Source: Octopus vulgaris (taxonomy: Eukaryota). From it: DNA of 64,000 nt. The translations under genes were made by a program, and so were the position numbers. Under the pieces are notes generated by a model. The model worked only from the letters and a program-made list of their open reading frames with translations, was not told the DNA's origin and searched no databases. The stretch spans positions 154,628,001-154,692,000 of the forward strand of contig OX597816.1 in assembly GCA_951406725.2 (NCBI GenBank). The letters run 5' to 3'. Every line of letters begins with the position of its first letter. The stretch's first letter is position 1. Shown piece after piece: positions 28,301 through 43,060 of this stretch.

Positions 28301-29781
28301 ATAGTCCAATTTAGTTAAGATTGATATAAAGGTTATGAAATTATTGCAATAAAAAGTCTAAAACTGTTTAAAGTAACCCAGTTTCACGGTATATAAACTA
28401 ATATCTATCTGAATATATCTAGGATGTGTTTGTGTGTGTGTGTACGGATGTGTGTGTAATACATGACGTAGTACAGAATAAAGCTATAGACTTTTTTGCC
28501 AATAATATATAATATTCAGACTGATGTAAACAACTTGTCTGTTATACATATACTTATGCCCCAAATGGGGGTCAACGATACTAGTTTTGAACCGCTTTTT
28601 TGTGATCTCATTTTCGAACGCATACCCTATTTAACTGTCCATAGATACATTGTTTATAAAGTGAGAACGTGTGCTTCAGAAAGTCGCATCAATCGACTTC
28701 TTAGTGGCTAGTTCGAGTAATGAATTATTGACATGCCAGCTGTATTTCGGCACGATACTACACTATGCTACAGCATAAAATAAAGCAATTTGAACCGTAG
28801 AGTTATAACAAAACGCTGTTAATGCGTGCGTCCGTCATCTCATAATTGAACTAGAACTAGGTGTGAAAGGATGCGTTAATTTACGCAAATGGGACAAATG
28901 GTATACCTACCACTACACACATATAATGCGTGTGAATATTGTACGCGTGTACGTATGCGAAGATGGTTCTTTCAATTTACTCTTCGTTTCCCCAAATGTG
29001 TAGGAATCTATGTATGGTCCATATACTGCTTCCTTGTCTTTGTGTATGTGTGTAATTGTATATAAACATTCCCGCACATACATGCACGAATACTTGCGTA
29101 TATTTATGTTTTCATATAGATGGTTCACATACTTGAATATGTATTTATTGTGTAGATCATTGTTTTGTATTTCCAGTTCTTCTTTTCCTTTATATTCATT
29201 GATTCGGTTGTAAAAGTAATTATTTCAGCTCAGCAATATATACTGTATCGTTTCTATATATACTGTATCTTTTCTATAGTAGACCAACTTTTCAATAAAC
29301 AAGTTTCTTTCACCGTAATGCTTCTTATATTTTTCAATCCCTTTTGTTCATTAAATAACCACCGTTTGTAAAATAGAATAGTTTATATTTAGTCTGGATT
29401 CTATAAAGCACCACGAAATGAAGACATTTTTCTTTCCTTTGTTAAAGAAGAATATCTCTTTTATTGTTACCTTTCTGCGATTGTGTTCCAAGTAGTTCAA
29501 ATAATTCAGTATTTAAATATTTCACGAAAACTATCTAGTTAATATTTAATTCTATTAAATACGATACCATTCGCATGGTATCGTAATGATACATTTAACT
29601 ATCGTAAATGATTTAGTTGTTTGATTTCAAGACTTACTTTGCTACGAAAGCTTGTAATTCGTCGTTTGATGTAGTACACAAGGTCTTGAAAGTATTGCGG
29701 CCAAAATGGAAACGATTATTATTATTATTATTATTATTATTAGTATCATTATTATTATTAGTATCATTATTATTATTATTA

Positions 29782-29836
<55 letters not shown>

Positions 29837-29843
29837 TATTATT

Positions 29844-29878
<35 letters not shown>

Positions 29879-32800
29879 TATTAAGGCGGCGAGCTGGCAT
29901 AATAGTTAGCATGCCGGGCGAAATACTTCTCGGTATTTCGTCCGTCTTCATGTTCTAAGTTCAAATTCCGCCGAGGTCGACTTTACCCTTCATCCTTTCG
30001 GGGTCGATAAATTAAGTAGCAATGAAACACTGGGGTTGATGTGATCGTCTAGTCCCATCCCCCAAAAGTTCAGGCTTTATACCTACAGTAGAAAGGATTA
30101 CTATTGTGTTTATTACAATCATTGACTTTTATACCAGTGCACTCTTATTAACTTCATCATAATTTCGTGTACTGCTACAGCCATATATTGAATATATAAA
30201 TTTCAGAAAGGATAAGTCATGCGTTAGTTATTTATTTCCATTTCACTACTTTCCTTTAATCTGTTTTTGAAGACAATTTCTTTATAAGGCTTTAATATTT
30301 CGGTTTCCAAACCATTTTGGAAGAAACGCTATCTCAAGTTACCTTATTATTAACGCATAACTCTCCTTATATCACCGATCGTACTACAATCAATGGATCT
30401 TAGTGATTTCATTGATCATAGTTATACCAATATCTTTTGAATTTCAGATTTGATTAAGAATTAATGTATTGATAACTGACCCAATTGCTATCTGATGAAA
30501 AAGTCAACTATAATTTTTTTAAATTCTCTACTATTAAATATAATTTTTTCTTTAGTGACATCAAGACTCACTTCCGTTTTCCTCTACGCATCACCACTGA
30601 AATGTCTGGTCTCGTGTCTGTTATCAGTCAGAAAATTGAATGCTAATATACATTCAGAATCGGTTCTGTGTCGGCCAACATGCTCTATAATATTTACGAA
30701 ATATTAAAGCCTTATAAAGAAATTGTCTTCAAAAACAGATTAAAGGAACGTAGTGAAATGGAAATAAATAACTAACGCATGACTTATCCTTTCTGAAATT
30801 CACATATTCAATATATGGCTGTAGCAGTACACGAAATTATGATGAAGTTAATAAGAGTGCACTGGTATAAAAGTCAATGATTGTAATAAACACAATAGTA
30901 ATCCTTTCTACTGTAGGTACAAGGCCTAAACTTTTGGGGGATGGGACCAGACGATCACATCAACCCCTTTACGACCACAGTTCAAATCACTCCGGATCGA
31001 TTGTGCGTTTTATATCCCTGATTGGCATCAATAAAATAAGTACTGTATAAGAAACTGAATCGATGTTTAGTATATTACTGGTACTTATCAATCCCCATGA
31101 GGGATAAAAGATAAAGTCGATCCGGAGTGATTTGAACTGATTGTAAAGGGGAATAACCAAATATTACAGAGCATTTTGTCCGGCATACAACCAATTCTCT
31201 ATGTATGCTAACATTCAATTTTCTGATTGATATTGATTTCAAATTTTGGCACAAGGTCAGCAATTTCGGAGGAGGGAATAAATCGGTTACATTGACCCTA
31301 GTACTCAACTGGTACTTATTTTATCGCCTCCGAAAGGATGAAAGGCAAAGTCGTCCTCGGTGGCATTTGAACTCAGAACGTGAACACGGACGAAATGCTG
31401 CTAAGCATTTTTCCTCGCATGCTAACGATTTGGTCAGCTCACCGCCTTAATTTTCTGATTATTATGAGAGACAAGATGAGACATTTCTATTGTGATGTAT
31501 AGAGGATTATATAGATCACACTTCATGACTTGTATTTTATCAGCTCCTGAAAGAATGGAAAGGTAAGTCGTCCTCGGCGACATTTGGACTTAGATTGTAA
31601 AAAGAATACAAGCTTTGTTATTGATACTATTGAGCCCCAACTTGACCATAACTGAGTCGGCCTATGATTAAAATAACTTCAACCGTGATCATTCACATAA
31701 TTTTAGTATGTCTAGGCCTGCTGTTCTCAAAATAGACTGTAATTTGGTTTAAGTGTGGCTGCCATTTCTGGCAGATCAATCGGCAGCATAGAAACCTTCG
31801 CATTGATTCGAACTGTATTTTGTCAGGCAGTCAACTGATTCTGCTTTCCATTTTCATACACTTTTCAGATTAACATTGCTAACCAATTACTAAATGACAA
31901 TTAAGAATAATTAGTAATTTACACAACCAAATGAGAAAGCAGCAAGATTTTAAAGAGATCAGGAATCATAATAATTAGTAATTTGCTTTGGGTGATTAAT
32001 AGAGATAAATGCATTTGTGAATATATTTTGCATAATTAAGACATTAGCTCACTGTTATGCTGATGTTTAGCTCTAGGGCTGCTCTGAATGAGCAAACTCG
32101 TCTATTACCATTGTTTATTTATTCAGTCGTATTTTAAGTATTTTTTTAAGACGGCGTGCAGGCCTGCCTACTATTTGTAGCAGATCGATCTCTTATTAGT
32201 GGCTACCTCATTGGCTCAATACTATCTAGTGGCAGATGACAGAAGTTGGTCTCATAACCTTATGCAGAGGTCGAAAGGCATCACTGAAAACCTTGATTCA
32301 AATGAAGATGTGCACTTGAGATGAGTCTTAATTACTTTTACTGAAACGTTCTCTAATATTATAGTTCTGCCGCTGTTTGTTGTAATAACATATACTGATT
32401 TGCGGTATTATATTTTATCATGGCTTAGTCAGAGGGAAAGTGCAGAGAGACCAGGTTTCTTTTCAAGAACTCTGCGACCGGTGGGATGAAATTATATGTG
32501 AAGCAGTTCTTTCGATGAGATTTCACGCAGTTAGCATCGACTAAATTCCTCTCACAAGGCTTTCGAATACTCGAGATCATGGTATGCTAATAATCGAACC
32601 CAAAACCATATAGTAGTGAAGTAGTTTTTTGAACGGCACTAGTTAAAGGTAAGTTAATTTGACTGTAGAAAGTTATTTTACTTAACCACGGACAAAATCC
32701 AGTTTCAACCCGTGACTTCTTGCTGAGTTCTCGGAAACTCTATTGGCTCAACAATCTATAGTTTTTGTATGTCGATAGAAAGTTAAGAAATAGATTTACG

Positions 32801-35800
32801 AAGCTTTCGAAATTTATCGGTAATGCAAAATGAAATATCAGTTAATACGTTTTAAATGCAAGTCTACACCAGAAGAAGGAAGTGTAGTTTTATGGTAAAA
32901 TATAAACCATTGAAATTTTAAACTATTTGTTTGAATCAAATTTTTATAAATCGTTGTTTAACAGAGATTTTTGAATAATTAATAGCGACATTTTTTGCTG
33001 TCTGTAATGCAGCATGTCTGCGAGGTATTTGTTAAACAAGTTGCCAGGTGAAAATTTAAAGCGAAATGAGCCAGTGGGTAATGTCTTCGATTACCTATTT
33101 ATGGGTTAAGTCAATATGCATAGCAAGTATTCAGGCGAATTTGTGATAGCAGACCCAGTTTTACAGAACTCCATTAATGAGTCAACGAGAGAGACCATGT
33201 GTGACCACTTGCTTTGCTGGAAACAGCAGCCAAATCTCCCACAAACGAGACCTGTCACCTTAAAAAAGGAAAGATATACAAGATAATCGAGTCCTAGATT
33301 CTATTAAAAAGAAAGAATTATGTACTCGACCACATATCGGTTCAATCAGCAGTGGTCTGGGGGTTAAAGAACAATAATAAACCTTTGAATATCTAAACAG
33401 ATAACCTGGTATTATTTTTTATGGAAAACCTTCCAGCCATAGACTAGTTTACTTATTCAGGGAGAGACGTATGATTCATCTAATTAATCCAATAGAAATA
33501 AAACTGAAGTATCACTCCCTTTTCTCCTCGCGATTTCTGAAAGAATAAAATTTTCTCCTAATGAAATTTTGCAGAAAAAAAAAAAAGCTTTTTTTTTTTG
33601 TTTACAAGAGTAGAGCTTAATATGAATTTTTAAGAAGCGCAACACTTTCCTCAATACAAGAGCTCTTCTGTGTATGGTCGCCAACTATGTACTTCCAACG
33701 ATGTCTGACAGTTCGAATTACTCAAGTCAGTTTATTTTTGCTCTTTGAGATAGTTACGAGTGCACCAACAATGATGGGTAGCACACTCACACTCTTAACT
33801 CCATGAATATGTTCAAATGTCAGGTCTTAATAAGTTTCGGCTTTTTCCTTATCTGTCTTCACAATGTTCTGATCTGAGGCACCGCTATTATTAATGAATA
33901 TCCATCGTTTGGTCACTTTTCACTGAATATATAGGCCTGAAACCTGTACATAATGCTCCAGAGTCTGGTTTCAAACCACTTGCAGTGGAAGCGTGCCAAT
34001 AACCATGTTGCAGTTGGTGCGACGAAACTTTTAACATCAAATAGTAAACGTTGAAGTGAGGTTTTTGGTGTTTTTGAATTGCTATTATCTGTCTTTCTCA
34101 CTGTAATTGTTTTAGTTTCACCACATCGTCTCAGATCAAAGCACTTGCCAGACGAGTATGTAAATTCTTTATTCCGTATCGGAGGTCTACATAGAAAGAA
34201 CAAGACCATACGACTAGGGGTCACGCATGATATAACATTAAGCTGGTAAAATTATAAAAAATTATCATAATAGATCGAATGATGCATGCTACAAATGAAC
34301 AACGCAATGAAGTGGGAGACGGGTTTAGCTTCGACCTCACAAGCCCTGATCCACCACTGAAACCTTGCGTTACCTTTATGGTGAACACTCAAGCAGGATC
34401 ACTCATTCTCAACATGCATGCCACATCCTTCCATCTTTTTCCATATGTATCGGGCAACAGGCATCTCCTCTCCAGCCTTATTTTCCTTTTAAGACGGAAA
34501 ACAAAGAAATTCACCAAAGCAAGGCTGGAGATGAAGATGCCTGTTGCTACTCCTTTCATCCACGTCTTCCAAATCACCGCTTTCGTTATAGCGACCACAG
34601 CGAGAAAACAGACCTTTCCTTCTTGGTTTAAGGAGGAAGGTGGAACGACCTTTATAATTGACTTGGAGGACAGTTGTACTCCTCCATGATGTGACAGCAG
34701 CTGTTCAGCTTAAACCCACATTTCCGATATTTTCGGACACTGCACAATTGCGTGCAGAACAGTTTCGTTGTCCTGCTCGCATCTTGGGCAAGTGGGCGAA
34801 CAAGGAACACCATACCTTGCGAGTTTATCGCGAACTGGTAAAGTTCCTCGGTAGCATTGCCAAGCTTGAGACTTTTGGAAATTATCCAAACGCCCCAGCC
34901 CAAATGTCCTTCAGAACAGGCTGGTGAGCTGAATATCGTCGAACCCCAGGGTTTTCCCCAGGACATCATCAAACTTGTCCTTTACCAACCCTCTATAGAA
35001 TGACGAGGTGGAACCCTCGCCGCTGGCATTACCCATGTGGGGGAGGAGCACGAGTGCCTGACGGCACACGGCTTGCCAAGCTCCCACCTTCGGTCTAAGC
35101 TTGATTCACGGTTCCAGTTCAAAACTAGTAAACCTGAGAAGTATCAATCTGACGAAAGGAGACCACACCTGTTCACCATCCAGGTAGAGCCAGAGGTGCG
35201 TGAGCCTCAGCGCATGCCTGTGTATCAATAGCCAAGGCATCCTTAGCTTCCCTTTAGCGGGTTTTGGCAGCAGATAAAGCACCCTACAAGCGGAAATATG
35301 TCCCTCCACAAAAAGCGGAAGAGCAATCGCTCCAGCTTGTTTAGCCATGACTTAGAGCAAGGCAAGACGGTTAGGCAGTAGATAATCACAGATGCGATAA
35401 ACACATTTGCGACCTTCGATCTCCTTTTTAAGGGATAGCCATCGCTCAGACCGAGTTAGGAGGGTCACTCTCCACGTCACCTCGCTCCAAATCTTCTCTA
35501 TCTGGAGGTCTGGACCGAACCAAATCTCTAGCATTTTAACCGGACCGTCCAACGTCCGACGACGCTGTTGGATGGCATTGACTTGTCTCTCCAGATGCCG
35601 AGTTGCAAGCCGACCGACTTCTCCCGGTTAATTTTTGTTCCTGCTACCACCTCGAAATCCTTAATGGGCACACCTACCTGTTGTGGGTGGATACGATGAT
35701 AGTGATGTCATTTGCATACGCCAAAACCGATTTTCACAACCTAGCCCACGTGGGACGTCCCTCTTCTCCAATTTCCGCAGTAAAGGCTCAAGAACCAACA

Positions 35801-37247
35801 CATATAGGAGGAAGAAGAGGAGACAACCTTGATGTACCGAGCGCTTGATCTAGAACGGTTTCGAGAAGAAACCGTTCACCCGAACGATCGAATCGATGTT
35901 GCTATATAAAGCAATGATCTAACCGCGAAAGGTCGGGCCCAAACCGACCGCCGCGAGGACCGACACCAGATACCGATGGTCCACTCTATCAAAATCTCTG
36001 GATTGGTCTAAATGGACGAAAGCTCCACGCTTGTTAGGAATCCTATTAGTCCTCTCGAAAGTATGGCCTATAGGGTGGAGATTGCCTTGTATGGATCTGC
36101 CTAGAATGGCACACGTTTGTGCCTCCCTGACGATTCCACCTACGACACGCGCCAACCTTTTGGCTAATACCTTGGCCAAAATCTTCAGCTCTGCATTAAG
36201 TAGAGTGATAGGCCAGAAGTTATCTATTGTTTGGGCCCTTTCTAAGCAGCGTCACCACTCCCTGGCTCATAGATCTGGGAATAAACTCATTCTTCTGCTA
36301 GTTAGAGAAGACACACGCGAGGAGGTACCCAAACAAGTTTACTGCCAGACAAGTATTTGTTCGAAATTATTATTCTTTAGCATTTAAATCTAACTTCCGT
36401 ACTAATTCTTTGTTATTTCTCAAATCTGCCAAACAACGAGAGGATTTCACCAGCGGTGACTGATAATTTGGACTGTTCCACTATCACAAAAAGAGGATTC
36501 CACATATTTCCAATTCATTTTGGTTGCTCTAATATGTTCAAATCCATTGCTGATTCGACTAACAAATTGCTATTGCTCCACACGGATTTCTATTTCTATT
36601 TCGGGCACATTTTTTGCTAGTTCCAACTTCATATCTGGGATTGTTGAAATATTAATCTTTCTTCCGTATTTGTGTACACCAACTTCCAACAATCAGTGAT
36701 GACAAACTTATTTTCTTCACCTCTTTTATCGCTAACACAAAGGAGACTTCACTGAATCGAAAAGAAAACTTGAAACGAAAGACATGAAATTGAGATAAAT
36801 TAAGACCAACAGCATTGAGATATATTCAGTTATACTGACAACGGAGCACCGTTGATGCTTCCTACCAAAAAACGTCAATCAAAACAAGCCTAATGCACAA
36901 ATGAATACATAAATTTTCTGTTACATTTGAGGATGGCTGACTAGAAATATTTCTAGCTTATTGTGTGGAAAGAATATAAGGTTTCGATAAAAATGTATAA
37001 GTATATAGGCATAAATTATACTAAGTATCGCGCACATACACGTTCACATGTATGCACACACGCTTTTCCCGATTTCGTTCACTTCAAAGAAATACTGTTA
37101 AATCAATTAAGAATACGTCGGCTTTGCTATCGAAATGAGTCAGGGAAATATTCTAGATACAAAATGAAATTTTGCAGCGTAATATTATTTGGCTTCGTGT
37201 GCAATTTCATACATACATCTTTCTACCTATATTTGTACAAATGCGCA

Positions 37248-37316
<69 letters not shown>

Positions 37317-39071
37317 GTCATTTACAAACACACACATTACATACATTCGTGTGTGTGTGTGTGTGTATACACGTAAGCATTTATACATATCACATACATA
37401 TATACATGTACACATACACACACCTACATACACAGACATATGTATATATACGTTTACAGACACACACACACACACATTAAGATGTAAGGTACGATGTGTA
37501 TTTAAGGAGACTTAATTATCAGTATATTAATCTCTCCAGACTAATTAAAATATTTTCATTTCTTTCAGATTCCCTATGGCAGATAAAATGCTAACACAAG
37601 AAATAAAAAAGGATGCAGTCATGCGCAACACAGTAATTTATGAACTGCAAACTTTTTATATGCTGCAAGATATTTTGTACACCAAGTCAGGATAGAAATG
37701 GAGACCTTCGGTGGGAAAGTTTCAACTGTTTGAAAGAGGGGGAAAGACATTTTAAGGACATCGAAATTCACCCAGGGCTCAAAACATTGTCGATGATGAT
37801 CCCCCAAAAATTAATAAGGGCTTTTGCCAAAGAATTTCTGGTGTCGGAATGGATTATCGGAACTGTGGCGCACGAGGACATTCGATATAAGAATTCATGT
37901 ATGAATAGACACAGGAAGTCCATTTGATCCATAAGGTTAAAAACATTCACGCATATGGCAAGCTTTGGTTCTTCTGTGATCAGAAAACTTCGAGCAAAAC
38001 TAAGTCTAACTGGAGAAATGGCAGAAGAGCATTACGAAGATCATTTCCATATCCCCAGAGTGTGCGTTAAGTTTCCAGCAGCTGTGATGGTTTTAAGAGT
38101 GGTATATGTGCGTAAACGTATATAGACTGACTCTTTTCGGACTCAGTTGGAATTGCTCAAAGGGAGGTACCCCCTTATCTTTCAGCAGGGGATTTAAAAA
38201 AAAATAATTTCGGTTTTTTATTTCACCACTCAGCTGACCAAGACTGTATTTTAACCTCCACTAGTAATGCGGTTATGGTCCTTCTGTCAGAAGGTCTCAT
38301 GACTCGCTTGTATTGTAGGTGTAATAATAGACCTGAAACCAATGGTAACTCTATATTTCCAACATAAAATTTCTGTGCATTTTCCTTTATATATATATTT
38401 TACTACAATTCACAAAGTGGAATTTTCCTCGAAACTTTTCCCTATATATATAAAGTATTACTTGTTGAGAGCCTAGTTGTTTGGAATTAATAAGTTTTAC
38501 TATGAGAAACCCACACTGATGCTGGTGCTCTGGAATTCTATTTTCTTCTTGAGTTATTTTTGTGCTTAGAACTACAGCCCCCTTACAACACAGGACTTAT
38601 CTAGAAACTGGAGAGACTGAAAATAACTTTAGTCGGAGAACTGAACTACTGAGAACAGCTCTGCGCATTATGTCTTTACTTTTTGGAACACTGACTGAAC
38701 AGTGTACCTTCTCATATACATGGACGGTTCTCTAATGTCTTGTTCCAGAATTTGTTGTACAAAAAGCAATATTGTTATCTTCTAATTGTCGTATTCTACA
38801 CAACAATTTGATATTCTAAAAATCTAGCTAATATAACTGCCCACCAAAATACTTACAAAATTTGACTAGTGTTCCCGTTTCCCCAATGACTTAAAATATA
38901 CTAGGTGCCTTTCTTTCTTGTATTTTGGGTCTTGTGTCTTCAAAAGAGCAGAACAAGAAAAGATCAGCCTCCACCAACAAAGTACTCAGCACAAAATTTA
39001 CTTTTGGCGTCGATAATATAATTACCAGTTGAATTATTTGGCTTAAAAAAATTAACCCTTTTCAATGAGAA

Positions 39072-39127
<56 letters not shown>

Positions 39128-42100
39128 GGCGGTGAGCTGGCAGAATCATTAGCACGCCGAGCAAAATGCTTCGCGGCATTTCGTCCGTATCTACATTCTG
39201 AGTTCAAATTCCGCCGGCTTTGTCTCTCATCTTTTTGGGGTCGATGAATTAAGTGCCAGTTGAACACTGGGTGTCGATGTAATCGACTCATCTACTGCTG
39301 CCTTTGTGGAAAAATTTGAAACCATTATTATTTGCTATTATAAATTCTTTTCACGGAAATTCGGTGTGGACTTATTGAATTGGTGCATATCGCTTGGTAT
39401 TAAAGACAAATATCCTTTAGAATAAGAGAACTTTACTACTGGTGAGGTTTCTCAATGGAATGAATGAAAATTAGAACATTACATTATACCAACAATCGCC
39501 CACCATATTTACAATGCTTATATTGATAAATTCCACTAGACTAAGGCATCGTCTTAAAGTTTAGAGAATTGGGATATTGAAAGTTAAATATCAAGATTAC
39601 AAATTCAGAGCTGCGCACCGCTGTCGACGAACAACTAGTTTCTCACCTAAGGCAAGTAACCTGTTAATTCTACCAAATGCACTTTCAAGGTCAATGAAAT
39701 ACTGTTCAAAAGGTTATACATACCGTTAACTTCTGGCATATAGCTTAGTCGGCATCCACAGGTTTCCACTAAAGCGTATGTGACACATTCTGCTTCACAG
39801 GACGAACGGGAATATTTGGGAAACAGGTTTAATTTCCTATTTTCGCACATACCACGAGGTTTTGGCAAACCTATAACCTAACAGACAACATAGAAAACAA
39901 TGTTAAAAGAATCAACTTCTTTCAACATCTAATATTTTGTGTAATTGAAAGTTATGGCAAGAAGTTTATAATAATTAACATAAATGAGTTCATTCTAGAA
40001 TTGAGTCGACAATAAAATTGAAATAGTTAACTTTAGTTGAGACAATATGAAAGCAAAAATTTCAATAATTGCAGGTTTTTGGGTGAAATGGCAGAAAGCA
40101 TCGACAAAGATATGGTTAAGATAATAAAACTTCGGATTGAAGGGAGTGTTCGTCCTATATTATTCCGGTTTTATCTCTTTCTTGTATACCTGTGATGATG
40201 ATAGTAGAATGCACTAATGTGACTCCCATAACCGTTTAGATTGTGGAAGTATGATCAAATACTTCGTATGATAGTAAATGATTACTTTGTAGTTGGTGAT
40301 TTTTAACAAGCAGTTATTATTAGTCTTTTTAAAAAAGAAATCCATTCTAAGTTGAAACTCACCCCCACTTCTTCGACTCATTTAACTTACCTCCACAACT
40401 TGGAGTCCAAAGAAAGAATTAGTTCCTGTGGCTGAAGCTAGACCTAAGTTTTTTATAGTCGGCACATCATGGGGGTTATGAAACAATACCTTTAGGCCGA
40501 CACTTTTCTGACCTCCTGACATATATTCATACTGCTCCACATTTAAGGTGAGTTGCAGGCCGTTTTCAATCCCTACAATAAAAAGAAAACATCATTAGAA
40601 AAAACAAAATAAAACATTTTTTACATTGACGTAAGGCCACATATTTGTAGAAAAGAGGATATAGTTAGTTGAATCGTCTCCAGTACTTATTTTATTGACC
40701 TTAGAAATGATGCAAGGTAAACTTGATATCAACAGTATTTGAACCAAAAATGTAGAGTATTAGAACACAACATATTTTAGCTCAGTATCTCGATTGTTTT
40801 TACAACTCTACCTACTAATGATTAAAAAAATTGCTCCCAATGGCCTTTAAGAAGTTATAGAAGACAAGATCGGATGGTACACAAGTATATTATTGGAACT
40901 AATATTATTGTTTGAGAGGAATATTTCAAAAATATTTACACGTACGCTACAGTTCAATCGATTTTATCTTCAATCATCGGTATCTTATTCTTGGATATGT
41001 ACATAGTACAGAATTGGATTTGAACTGGAAACCTAATTCGAATCCAGTTTCATATTCTATACATATAAAATATTAAAAAATATGTTCTTATCTAAATATA
41101 AGTCAAAGCACAAAATTAAATTTTGTTCTTCGTCTAGTTAAGCATTCCGTAATTTCTGTCAAATTACCACCCTTATTTATCGTGTTGATAATCCTTTCTG
41201 CTAAAGTCACATCGCCAGGAATTTTATCGACCTCGCAAGGATGAAAGACCAAGTCGACCTCAGCGGCATTTGAACATTAATCCTATTAATTATTTTAAAT
41301 TTAGACGCAAAAGAAGGGGTGGGGCATAGTTACTCAGATCGACTCATGTTATGATTGGAATACGAGTCAACGAGGGTGCATTTACGTGGTACTTCGACGT
41401 CCTAGAAACAGCAGCTAAATATTCCTCAGACTAAACACTACTCTTTTTGAAAAAGAATAATACGTTGGATTTGTAGCGAAAGGTATCTATAAAAAGGCTG
41501 GATGGCCATAGCTGAGATACTTTTGATCTTCAATTTTTTAGATTAAAGCTAACCTGGAACTAAGTATTACCCGGCACAAAGTATATATCGAGAAAAACAA
41601 GGCAATCGGGTAGGGATTTGAACTCGTGACCGAGAAACTTAACCGTTGTATTATTTTAGTCATATACATCACTTTGTAGTTTTTATTAATCATACCATTC
41701 CGCACACATGAAGGACATTTACATTTAAATAAACTTTCTTTGCACAAAAGCATTTAGATTAGTTTTGTTTGATTTCAACTCATTTGGGAATTGTTTTATC
41801 TAGAACTTGTTTCTGCAACCGAGTAGAAATGTTGTGGTTGCGTAGAAAAGATCAAAATATTTTCATGTGATTTAATATAAATTTCAGAGTTATTTGGTGA
41901 TAGTAGTAAACACCGACAAGCCGTTGGTTGTCAGCGCTCACAAATCTCTTATCTTTCGATTTCCATTAGAATGGTTTTCCCGATGATACCAAGGTATTTG
42001 GAAAAACTACGAATATCTCAATTCGTCTATGATTTATTAGATAGTATTTCATAATATACCCTGTATTAGATACTAACACTGACTTAACTATTGTTCACCC

Positions 42101-42998
42101 TGCTGATGTGTCCTTAGTTGTTTATTCACTAATCCTCCTAGTATACTAACCAGTATACAGTATTGTAATTTACGTAGTAAGTCTTCTTTCATTGTTTTAT
42201 CAAGTATGGGAAAGTGATGAGGTCATAACACCGGAATATGTCTGTAAATCTGAAATATTATAAGGATCTTTTCGGTTTGAACGGCAGTTTTTAACATAAT
42301 TTCTAGGTAACTAAAAAATGTTAAACTTCGTATACTGGTAGAATGTGTTTATAAAACATCTTTTTCTCTTGGCTTTATTGAGAAAATTCTATAGTTTGTA
42401 ACACATTTAGTCTTTAATTTCTTGCATTTCGGCAATTTCAATCAGTCAATGACCGTCTATTGAGGTGAAAACATTCTGTGCCGTATGAATATGTCCCTCG
42501 TTTAAGAAACAGATTGTGTTTATTTACATTTCTGAAGAAAAAAAGATACCCTTCCCCTCATCCCTAACCATAACCATAACCCTAACTAACCCTAAATCTA
42601 AAATAGATTGAAATGCAATAGATCGATTCTAGGGTCATAATTATGGGTGACAATTTCATATGACACCGCTAGAAAAAAACGTCAATCTTTTCTAGCGGTG
42701 TCATATGAAATTGATAAATCTATTGATAAGTATGTTAATATATTCTTTAACTTTAAGGCGGCGAGTTTGCAGTATTGTTGGAGCGCCGGGCAAAATGCTT
42801 TACTCTTACTTGTTTCAGTCATTTGACTGTGGCCATGCCGGAGCACCGCCTTTAGTCGAACCAATCGACCCTACGATTTATTTTTTGCAAGCCTAGTACT
42901 TATTCTATCGGTTTCTTGTGCCGAACTGCTAAATTATGGGGACAAAGCGATGATGAAGGGTGGGGGACAAACACAGACACACAAATATATACATACTT

Positions 42999-43060
<62 letters not shown>

